Assembly: GCA_964556485.1 (NCBI GenBank) | Contig: CAZKVV010000001.1 | Span: 148,551-212,550 of the forward strand | From: an uncultured Pseudomonadales bacterium | GTDB lineage: Bacteria > Patescibacteriota > Microgenomatia > UBA1400 > PJMF01 | Reading direction: 5' to 3' | Length of the DNA: 64,000 bases | In this document: one piece after another, positions 1-7,433 of the stretch | Layout: each line of letters starts with the position of its first letter | How positions within the stretch are numbered: the first letter of the stretch is position 1 | Position numbers and translations under genes: made by a program | The notes under the pieces: generated by a model | Told to the model about the DNA's origin: nothing | Database searches by the model: none | The model's input: the letters and a program-made list of their open reading frames with translations, nothing else

Positions 1-192
1 GAGTATTCAAGAAAAAGCAGGCTTCTCCGCAGCTTGCGCAAGTTTAAGTACCAAATTGCAGGCTTTTTTTCCTTCGACAACTACAACAGCAACACAAAAC
101 AAAGATACGACACGATACCGAGCCGATATCGTAATTCTGTTGGGCGCAGACATAGTTGAAGCAAAATAGTCAAGAGGTTGAAAACGAGTGTT

Positions 193-933
193 TTACTCGT
201 CGTCTTCATCAGAGTCAAAGTCTTCGATTATGGGTTCAAAATCACTATCCATATTGGTGAGCTGCACAGGAATTTCGTCCTCAAATACAAATCGTTCGTC
301 TATATCATCACTCGAGCCATTGTTGGCGATTTTGTTTGGTGGGAACGAATGAATATCGTGGTTTTCCTTTGACCTAGATTCTTCCCTTAGGTATACCTCG
401 CAGTTTTTTTGATCGCATGATCGAATGGCACACGAGTAGGTGTTGCCAGTTGTAATCAGCCGAGTAAGACGGAATGACAAGTCTTCAGGAAGGGAGCCGA
501 CATACTTTCCATTTGTTTGCACAGAGATGTATCTGTTTTTAATGAGGAGCTCACAACTCATACCAACAGAGATGGCTTGCAGCACTTCTTTGCCAGCAAG
601 GCGGTGAAGTTCAACCGTTTTTGTCTTTCCTGGTTCTTCAATAAAATGCTGTTGCACAAAAGTGGGGGAGGCAATACTGATATTATTCTTGATCTTATCA
701 AGGTGTTTTTTAGCAATTTTATCTGTTTTATCAACAAGCAGAGCCATTTCAAACTGCTTTTTAGCTAACTTGGTATCTCCAAGCTGTTGATAGGCAACAC
801 CCAATCTATTGAGTGCACCTGTATTTTTTGCCTCGATTTCAAGAATGGCAGCATTGTGATGTACGGCTTCTTCCCAATTTCCTTGCTTGGCTGCAAGTAT
901 GGCCTTTTGTACTAAGGTCGCTTTGGTATTCAT
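193..933 (-). CDS. TPR-repeat protein with C-terminal HIRAN-like domain and acidic tail
   Basis: Likely start MNTKATLVQKA at 933; the longer ORF in the track overlaps yebC antisense. TPR-like helices (ALNRLGVAYQQLGD...AKKQFEMAL), then a GKYVGSLP HIRAN-like segment. Confidence 0.7.
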   Translation of the reverse strand: MNTKATLVQKAILAAKQGNWEEAVHHNAAILEIEAKNTGALNRLGVAYQQLGDTKLAKKQFEMALLVDKTDKIAKKHLDKIKNNISIASPTFVQQHFIEEPGKTKTVELHRLAGKEVLQAISVGMSCELLIKNRYISVQTNGKYVGSLPEDLSFRLTRLITTGNTYSCAIRSCDQKNCEVYLREESRSKENHDIHSFPPNKIANNGSSDDIDERFVFEDEIPVQLTNMDSDFEPIIEDFDSDEDDE

Positions 934-1017
934 GACTGTATATTGTAGCAACCAACCTCGATTTGACAATCCGCTGTTATAAACGGCAATAGGGTATAAT
1001 GGCATCGAAAGGTTAAC

Positions 1018-1587
1018 ATGGCAGGACATAGTAAATGGCATAACATCAAGAATAGAAAAGGTGCTCTCGACGCAAAACGTGGAAAAGTCTTTGGGGAGAT
1101 TTCTAAAGCAATCCGTATTGCGGTACGTGAAGGCAAATCGGATGATCCTAAAAGTAATCCCACTTTGCGAACGGTGCTTGAGAAAGCTCGTGCCGCAAAC
1201 ATGCCTAAAGAGAAAATTACCAAGGCAATTGAACGCGGTATGGGGAGATCGGCTGCAGGAGCAACAATTCAAGAAGTTGCCTATGAAGGCTTTGGACCGG
1301 GCGGCATAGCCATAATTGCGGTTGCGCATACCGATAATGCAAATAGGATGAGTGCTGAGATAAAGTACGCTTTTTCCCGTAATTACGGCTCTCTAGGGGG
1401 ACCTGGCAGTGCGATGTATCTTTTTCAACGTTCTCAAGATGGTGGATACGCACCAACAATATCTATGGAATTGCCTGATTCTCAGACTGAAACACAGTTG
1501 CGACAGCTCGTTGAGGCTCTACAAGAGTTAGACGAAGTCGAAGACGTGTACATGGCTACCTATTTGCCAGAAGTAGAAGAAGAGTAA
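1018..1587 (+). CDS. yebC: YebC/PmpR family protein (short form)
   Basis: MAGHSKWHNIKNRKG, ARAANMPKEKI and YEGFGPGG motifs; 189 aa, so the middle domain appears reduced. Confidence 0.93.
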   Translation: MAGHSKWHNIKNRKGALDAKRGKVFGEISKAIRIAVREGKSDDPKSNPTLRTVLEKARAANMPKEKITKAIERGMGRSAAGATIQEVAYEGFGPGGIAIIAVAHTDNANRMSAEIKYAFSRNYGSLGGPGSAMYLFQRSQDGGYAPTISMELPDSQTETQLRQLVEALQELDEVEDVYMATYLPEVEEE

Positions 1588-1600
1588 AAGATTACGCTGT

Positions 1601-2368
1601 ATGCGAAGAAGAGAGAAGTTTGTTATAGCTTCAATACTCCTCAGTTTGGGGTTGCTTGGTGTGCAAGTGACTGCACTAGAGTTTAGGTATGCAAGCGTGG
1701 CATTTTTCACCTGCATTTCCTATTTAGTGTCTGCCTGGGCGCTTCGAGACGATTTGCAAAAGCATGAATGGCTAACTATTTTGCCATTTCCAGCTCTCTA
1801 TGCAATGGCCGTAAGTCTGTTTTATTTTTTGTTACCACCAAACATAACCTCAAGAGCGCTACTGCTAGGATTATTTGGAGTAGGGATGTACGCCTTATAT
1901 CTCACTACCAATATTTATTCAGTAGCAAAGGGGAGAACCATTCAGTTGATACATGCGGCTCAAGCTATTGCGCTCATCATCACTTTGGTGACTTCGCTGT
2001 TTTTTAGTAACACCATTTTTTCGCTCAGATTACCGTTTTATGTCACTGCATTGTTGGTTGGAATTGCTCATTTTCCTTTGGTATTCATTAATTTATGGTC
2101 AGTAAATCTCGAACAACAATTGAGTGAATCAACCAAAGATTTATCGTTGATGCTAACCGCAATTTTGATGCAACTGGCATTGGTATTATGTTTTGTGCCG
2201 TTAACCGTCTGGTATGCAGCTTTATTTGTGATGTCATTTTTATACATTGGACTCGGCATACTGCAGGCTGCGCTGCGAGGTAGATTATTTGCAAGAACGT
2301 TGACGGAATACTCAATTGTGGCGTTATTTATTGGAATTGTTTTTATCCTAGTGGTGCCATTCAAGTGA
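1601..2368 (+). CDS. Polytopic membrane protein of unknown function
   Basis: 255 aa, about 9-10 hydrophobic segments. Confidence 0.75.
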   Translation: MRRREKFVIASILLSLGLLGVQVTALEFRYASVAFFTCISYLVSAWALRDDLQKHEWLTILPFPALYAMAVSLFYFLLPPNITSRALLLGLFGVGMYALYLTTNIYSVAKGRTIQLIHAAQAIALIITLVTSLFFSNTIFSLRLPFYVTALLVGIAHFPLVFINLWSVNLEQQLSESTKDLSLMLTAILMQLALVLCFVPLTVWYAALFVMSFLYIGLGILQAALRGRLFARTLTEYSIVALFIGIVFILVVPFK

Positions 2369-2847
2369 TATTTTTCTAGATATTTGAAACAGAGAAGTGT
2401 GCAATTTTTTATCCATGCCTGGTGGAGGAGTAGGGTGATATAGTTTGATACAGTTAAGTACCCATGAAATATCGTGAAATTATAGGACTTGAGTGTGGAT
2501 AACTTTAAAAGTTATAGGACTTTAACTGTGTCGTTTAGCCTGGTGCACGTTGCTAAATCTGAGTAGAAAATGTCATATTTGTACCTTTGTGTAGTAAAAA
2601 CTAACAACTGGTTTTAGCCCAGCACCACTGGGGAGCAGAAGTGGTTTGCGGGAATAAAAAACCCGAATGCTATTTGGACGTTTTAATCACATACCAAACT
2701 AGATAGCTAAGAGCCTGAAGAGAGCTGAAAGTACCAGATTGCAGTGCATTAATAACGAATTCATACAGGAATATGTTTTGATATGTGTGGAAGAGGGAGA
2801 GGTGCCCCTCTCCTTAGTGCACCTCGGCCAATGTTGCAATCAGTGTT

Positions 2848-2875
2848 GTGTCGCACAATATAACTTTTACGACTA
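2848..2875 (+). other. dif-like tyrosine-recombinase site (11-6-11)
   Basis: GTGTCGCACAA-TATAAC-TTTTACGACTA: imperfect dyad around a 6-bp spacer. The left arm resembles the E. coli XerC arm GGTGCGCATAA. It lies 0.9 kb from the xer gene. Confidence 0.5.
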
Positions 2876-3069
2876 AGACTCAGATTGTGCGAGAGACCTT
2901 TGTTTGTATGCCTGTTTTAACCGTCAGTTATGTTTTGTTCATACTTTTCTTTTTTTGTGTTTGTACTTTTTTTTTTCCTTTGTTTTCCCTGGATATCCAC
3001 TCCCTTGCTGCCCGCCAGTCTCTATCACTTGCTTGAAGCTTATGTTGCTCCTTACTGTCAGCCTGGTTC

Positions 3070-3099
3070 GACCGTAGACTCTTATATTGTGCGACATAA
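3070..3099 (-). repeat. Inverted copy of the dif-like arm plus spacer
   Basis: Minus strand TTATGTCGCACAATATAA matches TTGTGTCGCACAATATAA at 2846-2863 (17/18); the second arm is degenerate. Confidence 0.55.
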
Positions 3100-3544
3100 A
3101 AAAATGGTGAAACTGAGTTCGAAGTGGGCGACTATTGCTTCATTTTTTTGGTGTCAGCCTGGTTTCCTCTGTATTCTTGCTGATTGCTGTTTGATTTTTC
3201 AGTCCCCACCAGGCAGCGAACTTACAAGAGCCTTAAAATCGGCTTTTCTTTTTTTAAATGACCATTTATATGGTTGAAAATATCTAAAGTGTTTTGATTT
3301 TATATATTTAGCAACATTTTGAGATATTTCAGTTGTAGATTTTTACATTCACAGAAATGTGAATGATATTGGATTGACGAGAAAGTTTTTTGAGTCAAAT
3401 ATTTAGAACGTACTTTAGTATCATTGGGTCACGAATGCCGCAAGAAGTTGCTAGATTATTTTTTGCGCCAACGCGCAGGTGCAAAGATGCACAACTTCAG
3501 CAACTAAATGCTACGCATTTTTGAAAGTGCGTTTAATTTAGTAT

Positions 3545-3574
3545 TTGACTCTCAATTGTATTCCTGCCTATACT
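3545..3574 (+). promoter_or_regulatory. Putative sigma70 promoter of the xer gene
   Basis: TTGACT-18 bp-TATACT; DnaA-box-like TTGTCCACA at 3587-3595 just downstream. Confidence 0.45.
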
Positions 3575-3752
3575 GAAGGTACCAATTTGTCCACAAGTCC
3601 TCTTTCATGATGGGGGATTAGGATTCTTTTTTTCAAAAATGCGTAAATGATGTGCAGTTTTTAATCGATAGATCCATTAAAACAACCTAGTACAACTATT
3701 AGCGCTCTTCCCTTTTCGCTGCCAATAACTTATAGTATTTCCAGAGGAAACT

Positions 3753-4688
3753 ATGTCCATCCCTACCCTACCCCAATCATGCATCATTACTTTTCTAGAA
3801 CATCTAGAAGTTGAACGAAATGTGAGCAGATTAACCATTAGAAATTATAGTCTCTACTTGAGAAGATTTGTGGCGTGGTTAACAGATCATGACTGCACAG
3901 ATATTTGTAAATTGGACCAAGATTTAGTTCGGCAGTACCGTGTGTTTTTATCTCGCTATGAGGATGAGCAAGGTAGAACCTTATCAAAAAAAACGCAGGG
4001 GTACTACATCATTGCGTTGCGTTCTTTGTTGAAATGGTTGGTGAAAAATGATGTGCCAGTCTTGCATCCAGAAAAAGTTGATCTCCCCAAAGGTGAGTCG
4101 CAACACATGAAGTTTTTACCAATTGATAAAGTAGAACAGCTATTGGCGCAACCAATTTTGTCGTCAAAAACAGGGCTTCGTGACAAGGCAATTCTTGAGG
4201 TACTGTTCTCAACAGGACTGCGTGTCAGTGAGTTGGTTTCGCTCAATCGTGATCAAATTGATTTACAGTCTCGAGAGTTTGGAGTGATTGGAAAAGGCAG
4301 ACGACCTCGTGTTGTGTTCTTAAGTCCGCGCGCTGCTGACTGGCTTGATAGATGGTTAGTATCAAGAGCCGATCAATGGCGGCCGGTGTTTGTTCGATTT
4401 GCTGGCGAAAAACCAGAGCTACTTTCTGACGGTGAAGACATGCGATTAACAACGCGGAGTATTCAGCGATTAGTAGATAAGTACTGTAGAAAGGCTCACT
4501 TGCCCATTAGAGTGAGTCCGCATGGGATTAGACACAGCTTCGCCACGGACCTGCTTTCAAATGGTGCAGGGCTGCGTGAAGTACAAGAGATGCTCGGGCA
4601 CAAAAATATTTCTACCACGCAAATTTATACGCACGTCACACGTCCCCAACTTAAAAAAGTTCATGACGAAAAACATACTGATTTATAG
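3753..4688 (+). CDS. XerC/XerD-family tyrosine recombinase
   Basis: N-terminal SAM-like domain; catalytic motifs TGLRVSEL, GKG, HGIRHSFAT and LGH...TTQIY; no IntI-specific insertion. Confidence 0.93.
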   Translation: MSIPTLPQSCIITFLEHLEVERNVSRLTIRNYSLYLRRFVAWLTDHDCTDICKLDQDLVRQYRVFLSRYEDEQGRTLSKKTQGYYIIALRSLLKWLVKNDVPVLHPEKVDLPKGESQHMKFLPIDKVEQLLAQPILSSKTGLRDKAILEVLFSTGLRVSELVSLNRDQIDLQSREFGVIGKGRRPRVVFLSPRAADWLDRWLVSRADQWRPVFVRFAGEKPELLSDGEDMRLTTRSIQRLVDKYCRKAHLPIRVSPHGIRHSFATDLLSNGAGLREVQEMLGHKNISTTQIYTHVTRPQLKKVHDEKHTDL

Positions 4689-4701
4689 CTTTTAAAATAA
4701 A

Positions 4702-4734
4702 AAGAGCTACAAATAACGAGTACTTGTAGCTCTT
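4702..4734. terminator. Hairpin terminator between the convergent xer gene and cassette 1
   Basis: AAGAGCTACAA/TTGTAGCTCTT 11-bp stem; A-tract on the left gives a U-tract for the minus strand. Confidence 0.75.
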
Positions 4735-4749
4735 GATTGTTGTGTCAAA

Positions 4750-5211
4750 TTACGATTTTTTTACTTTGCTAGCTGTTTTTTTTACCCAAGCCAGCAAGTA
4801 GAGACATAGTAAGCAAGCCAACCAACCCATCAAAGCATCAATAAAATGATTGTCTGGATATGGTGGGTTGATTGATTGGTTGAATTCATACAAGCTGTAC
4901 ACAATTGCAGTTGCAATCGGTACAGAGAATAAGATGTTCATTCCAGCAGGTTTATATGCCAGATTCGGCTCTAAAAACCGGAAAGTAATAACCAATCCAT
5001 TGCCTATTAGTATAAGGCAAACAAAAAATGATGTCATTGAAAGTTGAAATATTCCCAATTCATTAAAAACAGGCTCGAGAAAGTTTTTTTGTCCATACTG
5101 GTTCTCTTGAACAATATAAAAAAATGTTTCGCCAACCACCCCCAACAACTGGCTTAGCATCATTGCAATTATAAAATTGTTCAAGAATGCTTTTTTCTCT
5201 GCATATCTCAT
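4750..5211 (-). CDS. Four-TM membrane protein of unknown function (cassette 1)
   Basis: 153 aa, 4 hydrophobic helices; AGGAG SD at 5222-5226; TTTACA-17-TATAAT promoter at 5342-5314. Confidence 0.75.
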   Translation of the reverse strand: MRYAEKKAFLNNFIIAMMLSQLLGVVGETFFYIVQENQYGQKNFLEPVFNELGIFQLSMTSFFVCLILIGNGLVITFRFLEPNLAYKPAGMNILFSVPIATAIVYSLYEFNQSINPPYPDNHFIDALMGWLACLLCLYLLAWVKKTASKVKKS

Positions 5212-5340
5212 TTGCTTGTTGCTCCTTGCGCAATTTTCGTGCCAATAATTTCTCTCAAAGGATATATCGAATCCTAAGTGAAAAACGTAATTTGTTAAAA
5301 AACAATGACCTTAATTATAGCAAATAAAACGCTTTTTGTA

Positions 5341-5357
5341 AAGTTATAGGCTTATTT
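5341..5357. repeat. Cassette-boundary motif, copy 1 (AAGTTATAGGCTTATTT)
   Basis: Exact 17-bp match to 6225-6241; both copies are followed by GCA and then GGTGGG. Confidence 0.85.
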
Positions 5358-5395
5358 GCATGCTGGTGGGGAAATTAAGAATATGACTCTTTATC

Positions 5396-5423
5396 AAAAA
5401 AAAAGACGCCCGGGTGGGCGTCT
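5396..5423 (-). terminator. Rho-independent terminator of cassette 2
   Basis: AGACGCCC/GGGCGTCT stem followed by a 9-U tract on the minus strand. Confidence 0.85.
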
Positions 5424-5471
5424 ATCTCTTAAAAATGTCGTGTGAATTTTTTTATACTGCAAAATTAATGG

Positions 5472-6116
5472 TTACTGGCACGTATAAACCACGCCAGTTT
5501 CATTATTTTTACAATAATACGTAATCAAATCTAAGGTAACACCATGGGAGGAAACCCCCGCAAAGGTATACCCTTCTGGTATCGGAACTTCATCTCCGAT
5601 AACACCTTCTTCTGTGCAAATCAAGACATTTTGCGTCTCATTTTTTTTGCAGTACAAGGTGGTATTTTCAAAGAAATTCCCTTTTGAGGAAGCAGCCGCA
5701 AAGGTATACCCTTCTGGGATGTTGAGCTCACGCTCAATTTTTCCCATGAAAATGAGAAATACCTTGTTAGTTCCATCTTGTTGAACATAGTACTCTGTAT
5801 GTTCAAGAGTTTCCATATACGCCAGCGTAGATGCGCTCAGGAAAGTGTATCCATCGGGAATGGAGATCTCTTCCTGGACAGATCCAGACTCACAGGCGTA
5901 GACAGGCTTGAGGCCGGGAAGTTTGCAGTACTCTGTTGTACTCACACTGTGGGCCATGCCGACAGCATATGAATACGAAGAAGCTTCTACAAACTCATAG
6001 CCGTCTGGTAGAGTCACAGGATCTTCAATGACGAGTGCAGTGTTTTGCACACTACCGCAAGCTGAGAATAAAAATGTAAAAATTCCTACCAATATCAAAA
6101 CCCATTTTTTTTCCAT
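5472..6116 (-). CDS. Lipoprotein with four internal repeats (cassette 2)
   Basis: Start MEKKWVLIL at 6116 with AGGAG SD at 6121-6125; lipobox LFSA-C; four P[DE]GY[TE]F..[AV]S[ST] repeats. Confidence 0.8.
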   Translation of the reverse strand: MEKKWVLILVGIFTFLFSACGSVQNTALVIEDPVTLPDGYEFVEASSYSYAVGMAHSVSTTEYCKLPGLKPVYACESGSVQEEISIPDGYTFLSASTLAYMETLEHTEYYVQQDGTNKVFLIFMGKIERELNIPEGYTFAAASSKGNFFENTTLYCKKNETQNVLICTEEGVIGDEVPIPEGYTFAGVSSHGVTLDLITYYCKNNETGVVYTCQ

Positions 6117-6224
6117 TTTTCTCCTAAATTTGAAAGGCAAAAATATATGAGAAATTAAAAATTTCTCCACATCAACATATTAAAGAACAAGAACGAGTAG
6201 TATATCAAAAAAATGGGAAATGTG

Positions 6225-6241
6225 AAGTTATAGGCTTATTT
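6225..6241. repeat. Cassette-boundary motif, copy 2
   Basis: Identical to 5341-5357. Confidence 0.85.
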
Positions 6242-6263
6242 TGCAATAGGTGGGTGTACATAC

Positions 6264-6292
6264 AAAAAGACGCCCTTCGAAGGGGGCGTCTT
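6264..6292 (-). terminator. Rho-independent terminator of cassette 3
   Basis: AAGACGCCC/GGGCGTCTT stem, same stem sequence as the cassette-2 terminator; U-tract on the minus strand. Confidence 0.85.
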
Positions 6293-6321
6293 ATTTTTTG
6301 CATTACTGTTGTGAAAGCGAA

Positions 6322-7017
6322 CTACCCGTTGGTCTTGTGTCGCCAGCTGTTAAGTTGTTGGCCGTGCGTCCAGACCTTCGTCAAGATTGAAGCTGCACAA
6401 GCGAACTGAAAGCCAGTGATGCCTTCAAGGTCGGCTTCTTGAGAAGTTGCTTCTGCGACTTCTTCGATGCTTCGACCATTTGAAATCTCAATCTGCATTA
6501 GGCGCGCCCATCTTTCGGCATAGTTGATGACAGCTCTGCCATATGGTTCTGGATTATTTGCCACAGTAAGCATCCATGCAGCCTTGTCGGCAAGTTCCAT
6601 TTTTGGCTTTAGTCTAAGTTTTTTCTCTACAGCAACACGCCTAGCCTTTTCTTGGGCCTCATAAGCAACACGCCTAGCCTTTTCTTGGGCCTCATATTCA
6701 GCGCGTGCTTTCTGGCGACGAGCTTCTCGTTGAGCCTCGATGCGAGCATCGTTGGCCTTTTCTTCTTGAGTCAGCTCGGGGGCAGGTTCTGGCCCTACCT
6801 TCTTGGGAATGTACCCATAGAATGCTCGCAACCAGTCGCGGTAGATTAATTCAGGACGGGAATTGCTTGTTATAGTTACGACTACCTCGTTGAATTCGAA
6901 CGAGATGGGTCGATTTTCCTGATTCGACAATTTTATCGCCTCATGAATGGTGTGAGTAATGTCAGCTCCTGCCATTACAACAAAAATTCCGTCTTTTTCC
7001 TTCTGCAAAATGTTCAT
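6322..7017 (-). CDS. Hypothetical protein, phage/mobile-element-like (cassette 3)
   Basis: Start MNILQKEK at 7017 with AGGAG SD at 7026-7030; central coiled coil; the C-terminal YAERWARLM...EGITGFQ...W.HG pattern resembles uncharacterised phage proteins (from memory, not searched). Confidence 0.75.
   Translation of the reverse strand: MNILQKEKDGIFVVMAGADITHTIHEAIKLSNQENRPISFEFNEVVVTITSNSRPELIYRDWLRAFYGYIPKKVGPEPAPELTQEEKANDARIEAQREARRQKARAEYEAQEKARRVAYEAQEKARRVAVEKKLRLKPKMELADKAAWMLTVANNPEPYGRAVINYAERWARLMQIEISNGRSIEEVAEATSQEADLEGITGFQFACAASILTKVWTHGQQLNSWRHKTNG
6631..6696. repeat. Perfect in-frame 33-bp tandem duplication
   Basis: agcaacacgcctagccttttcttgggcctcata x2, encoding YEAQEKARRVA x2. 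Confidence 0.95.
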
Positions 7018-7302
7018 TCTATAATCTCCTTTGAATGCAAAAATGCAGGTTTTCACCTGGCTAATCGAATTGATAGCGCTTCATCCCCAAATAATTCGGG
7101 ACAAGGCGCTACCAATTCAGATAGGAGTATCAATTTTTCACAACATATTAATGTGCGAGATAAAGAAGTAGCATTGCCAGGTTTCCCATGCAAATGAGAG
7201 AAACTGCAATCTTACTTAACTTAGCATTGAATTATACTTCAAAAACTGTTTTCAGTCAATTATTATAGGATGATAGGTTGCGATGAGAATGACATTTTTG
7301 CG

Positions 7303-7379
7303 TGGTGGACCTGAGGGGAATCGAACCCCTTACCTCTTGTATGCCATACAAGCGCTCTAGCCAAATGAGCTACAGGCCC
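7303..7379 (-). tRNA. tRNA-Ala(GGC)
   Basis: Cloverleaf GGGCCTG...CAGGTCC-A-CCA, G3:U70 pair, anticodon loop ATGGCAT, TTCGATT T-loop. Confidence 0.97.
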
Positions 7380-7433
7380 ACAAAGTTTGGAGCGAACGCA
7401 AAAGCATCGCTCCAGACGATGGAATTATATCAG

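Noticed and set aside
1-153. 48-codon minus-strand ORF at the window edge
   Set aside because: Short, no recognisable motif, and context is truncated.
934-1329. N-terminal 131 aa of the 378-aa ORF 193..1329
   Set aside because: Antisense shadow of yebC; the plausible start is the ATG at 933, with a divergent promoter region between the genes.
2420-2445. Possible tmRNA or tRNA 3' end (TCCACCA on the minus strand), or an att duplication of tRNA-Ala
   Set aside because: No T-arm precedes it, and the match to the tRNA 3' end is only about 7 bp.
2930-3277. 115-aa and neighbouring 62-aa plus-strand ORFs
   Set aside because: They derive from a poly-T low-complexity tract, show no recognisable family or translation signals, and overlap the dif-like repeats.
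2480-3600. Confident oriC call
   Set aside because: Only one perfect and one near-perfect DnaA box, no dnaA or dnaN nearby, and the dif-like sites argue for a terminus; GC skew could not be computed.
3753-4688. Classical integron integrase (IntI) with attC cassettes
   Set aside because: No IntI-specific insertion between patches II and III, the recombinase converges on the cassettes, and no RYYYAAC...GTTRRRY attC hairpins are visible at the boundaries.
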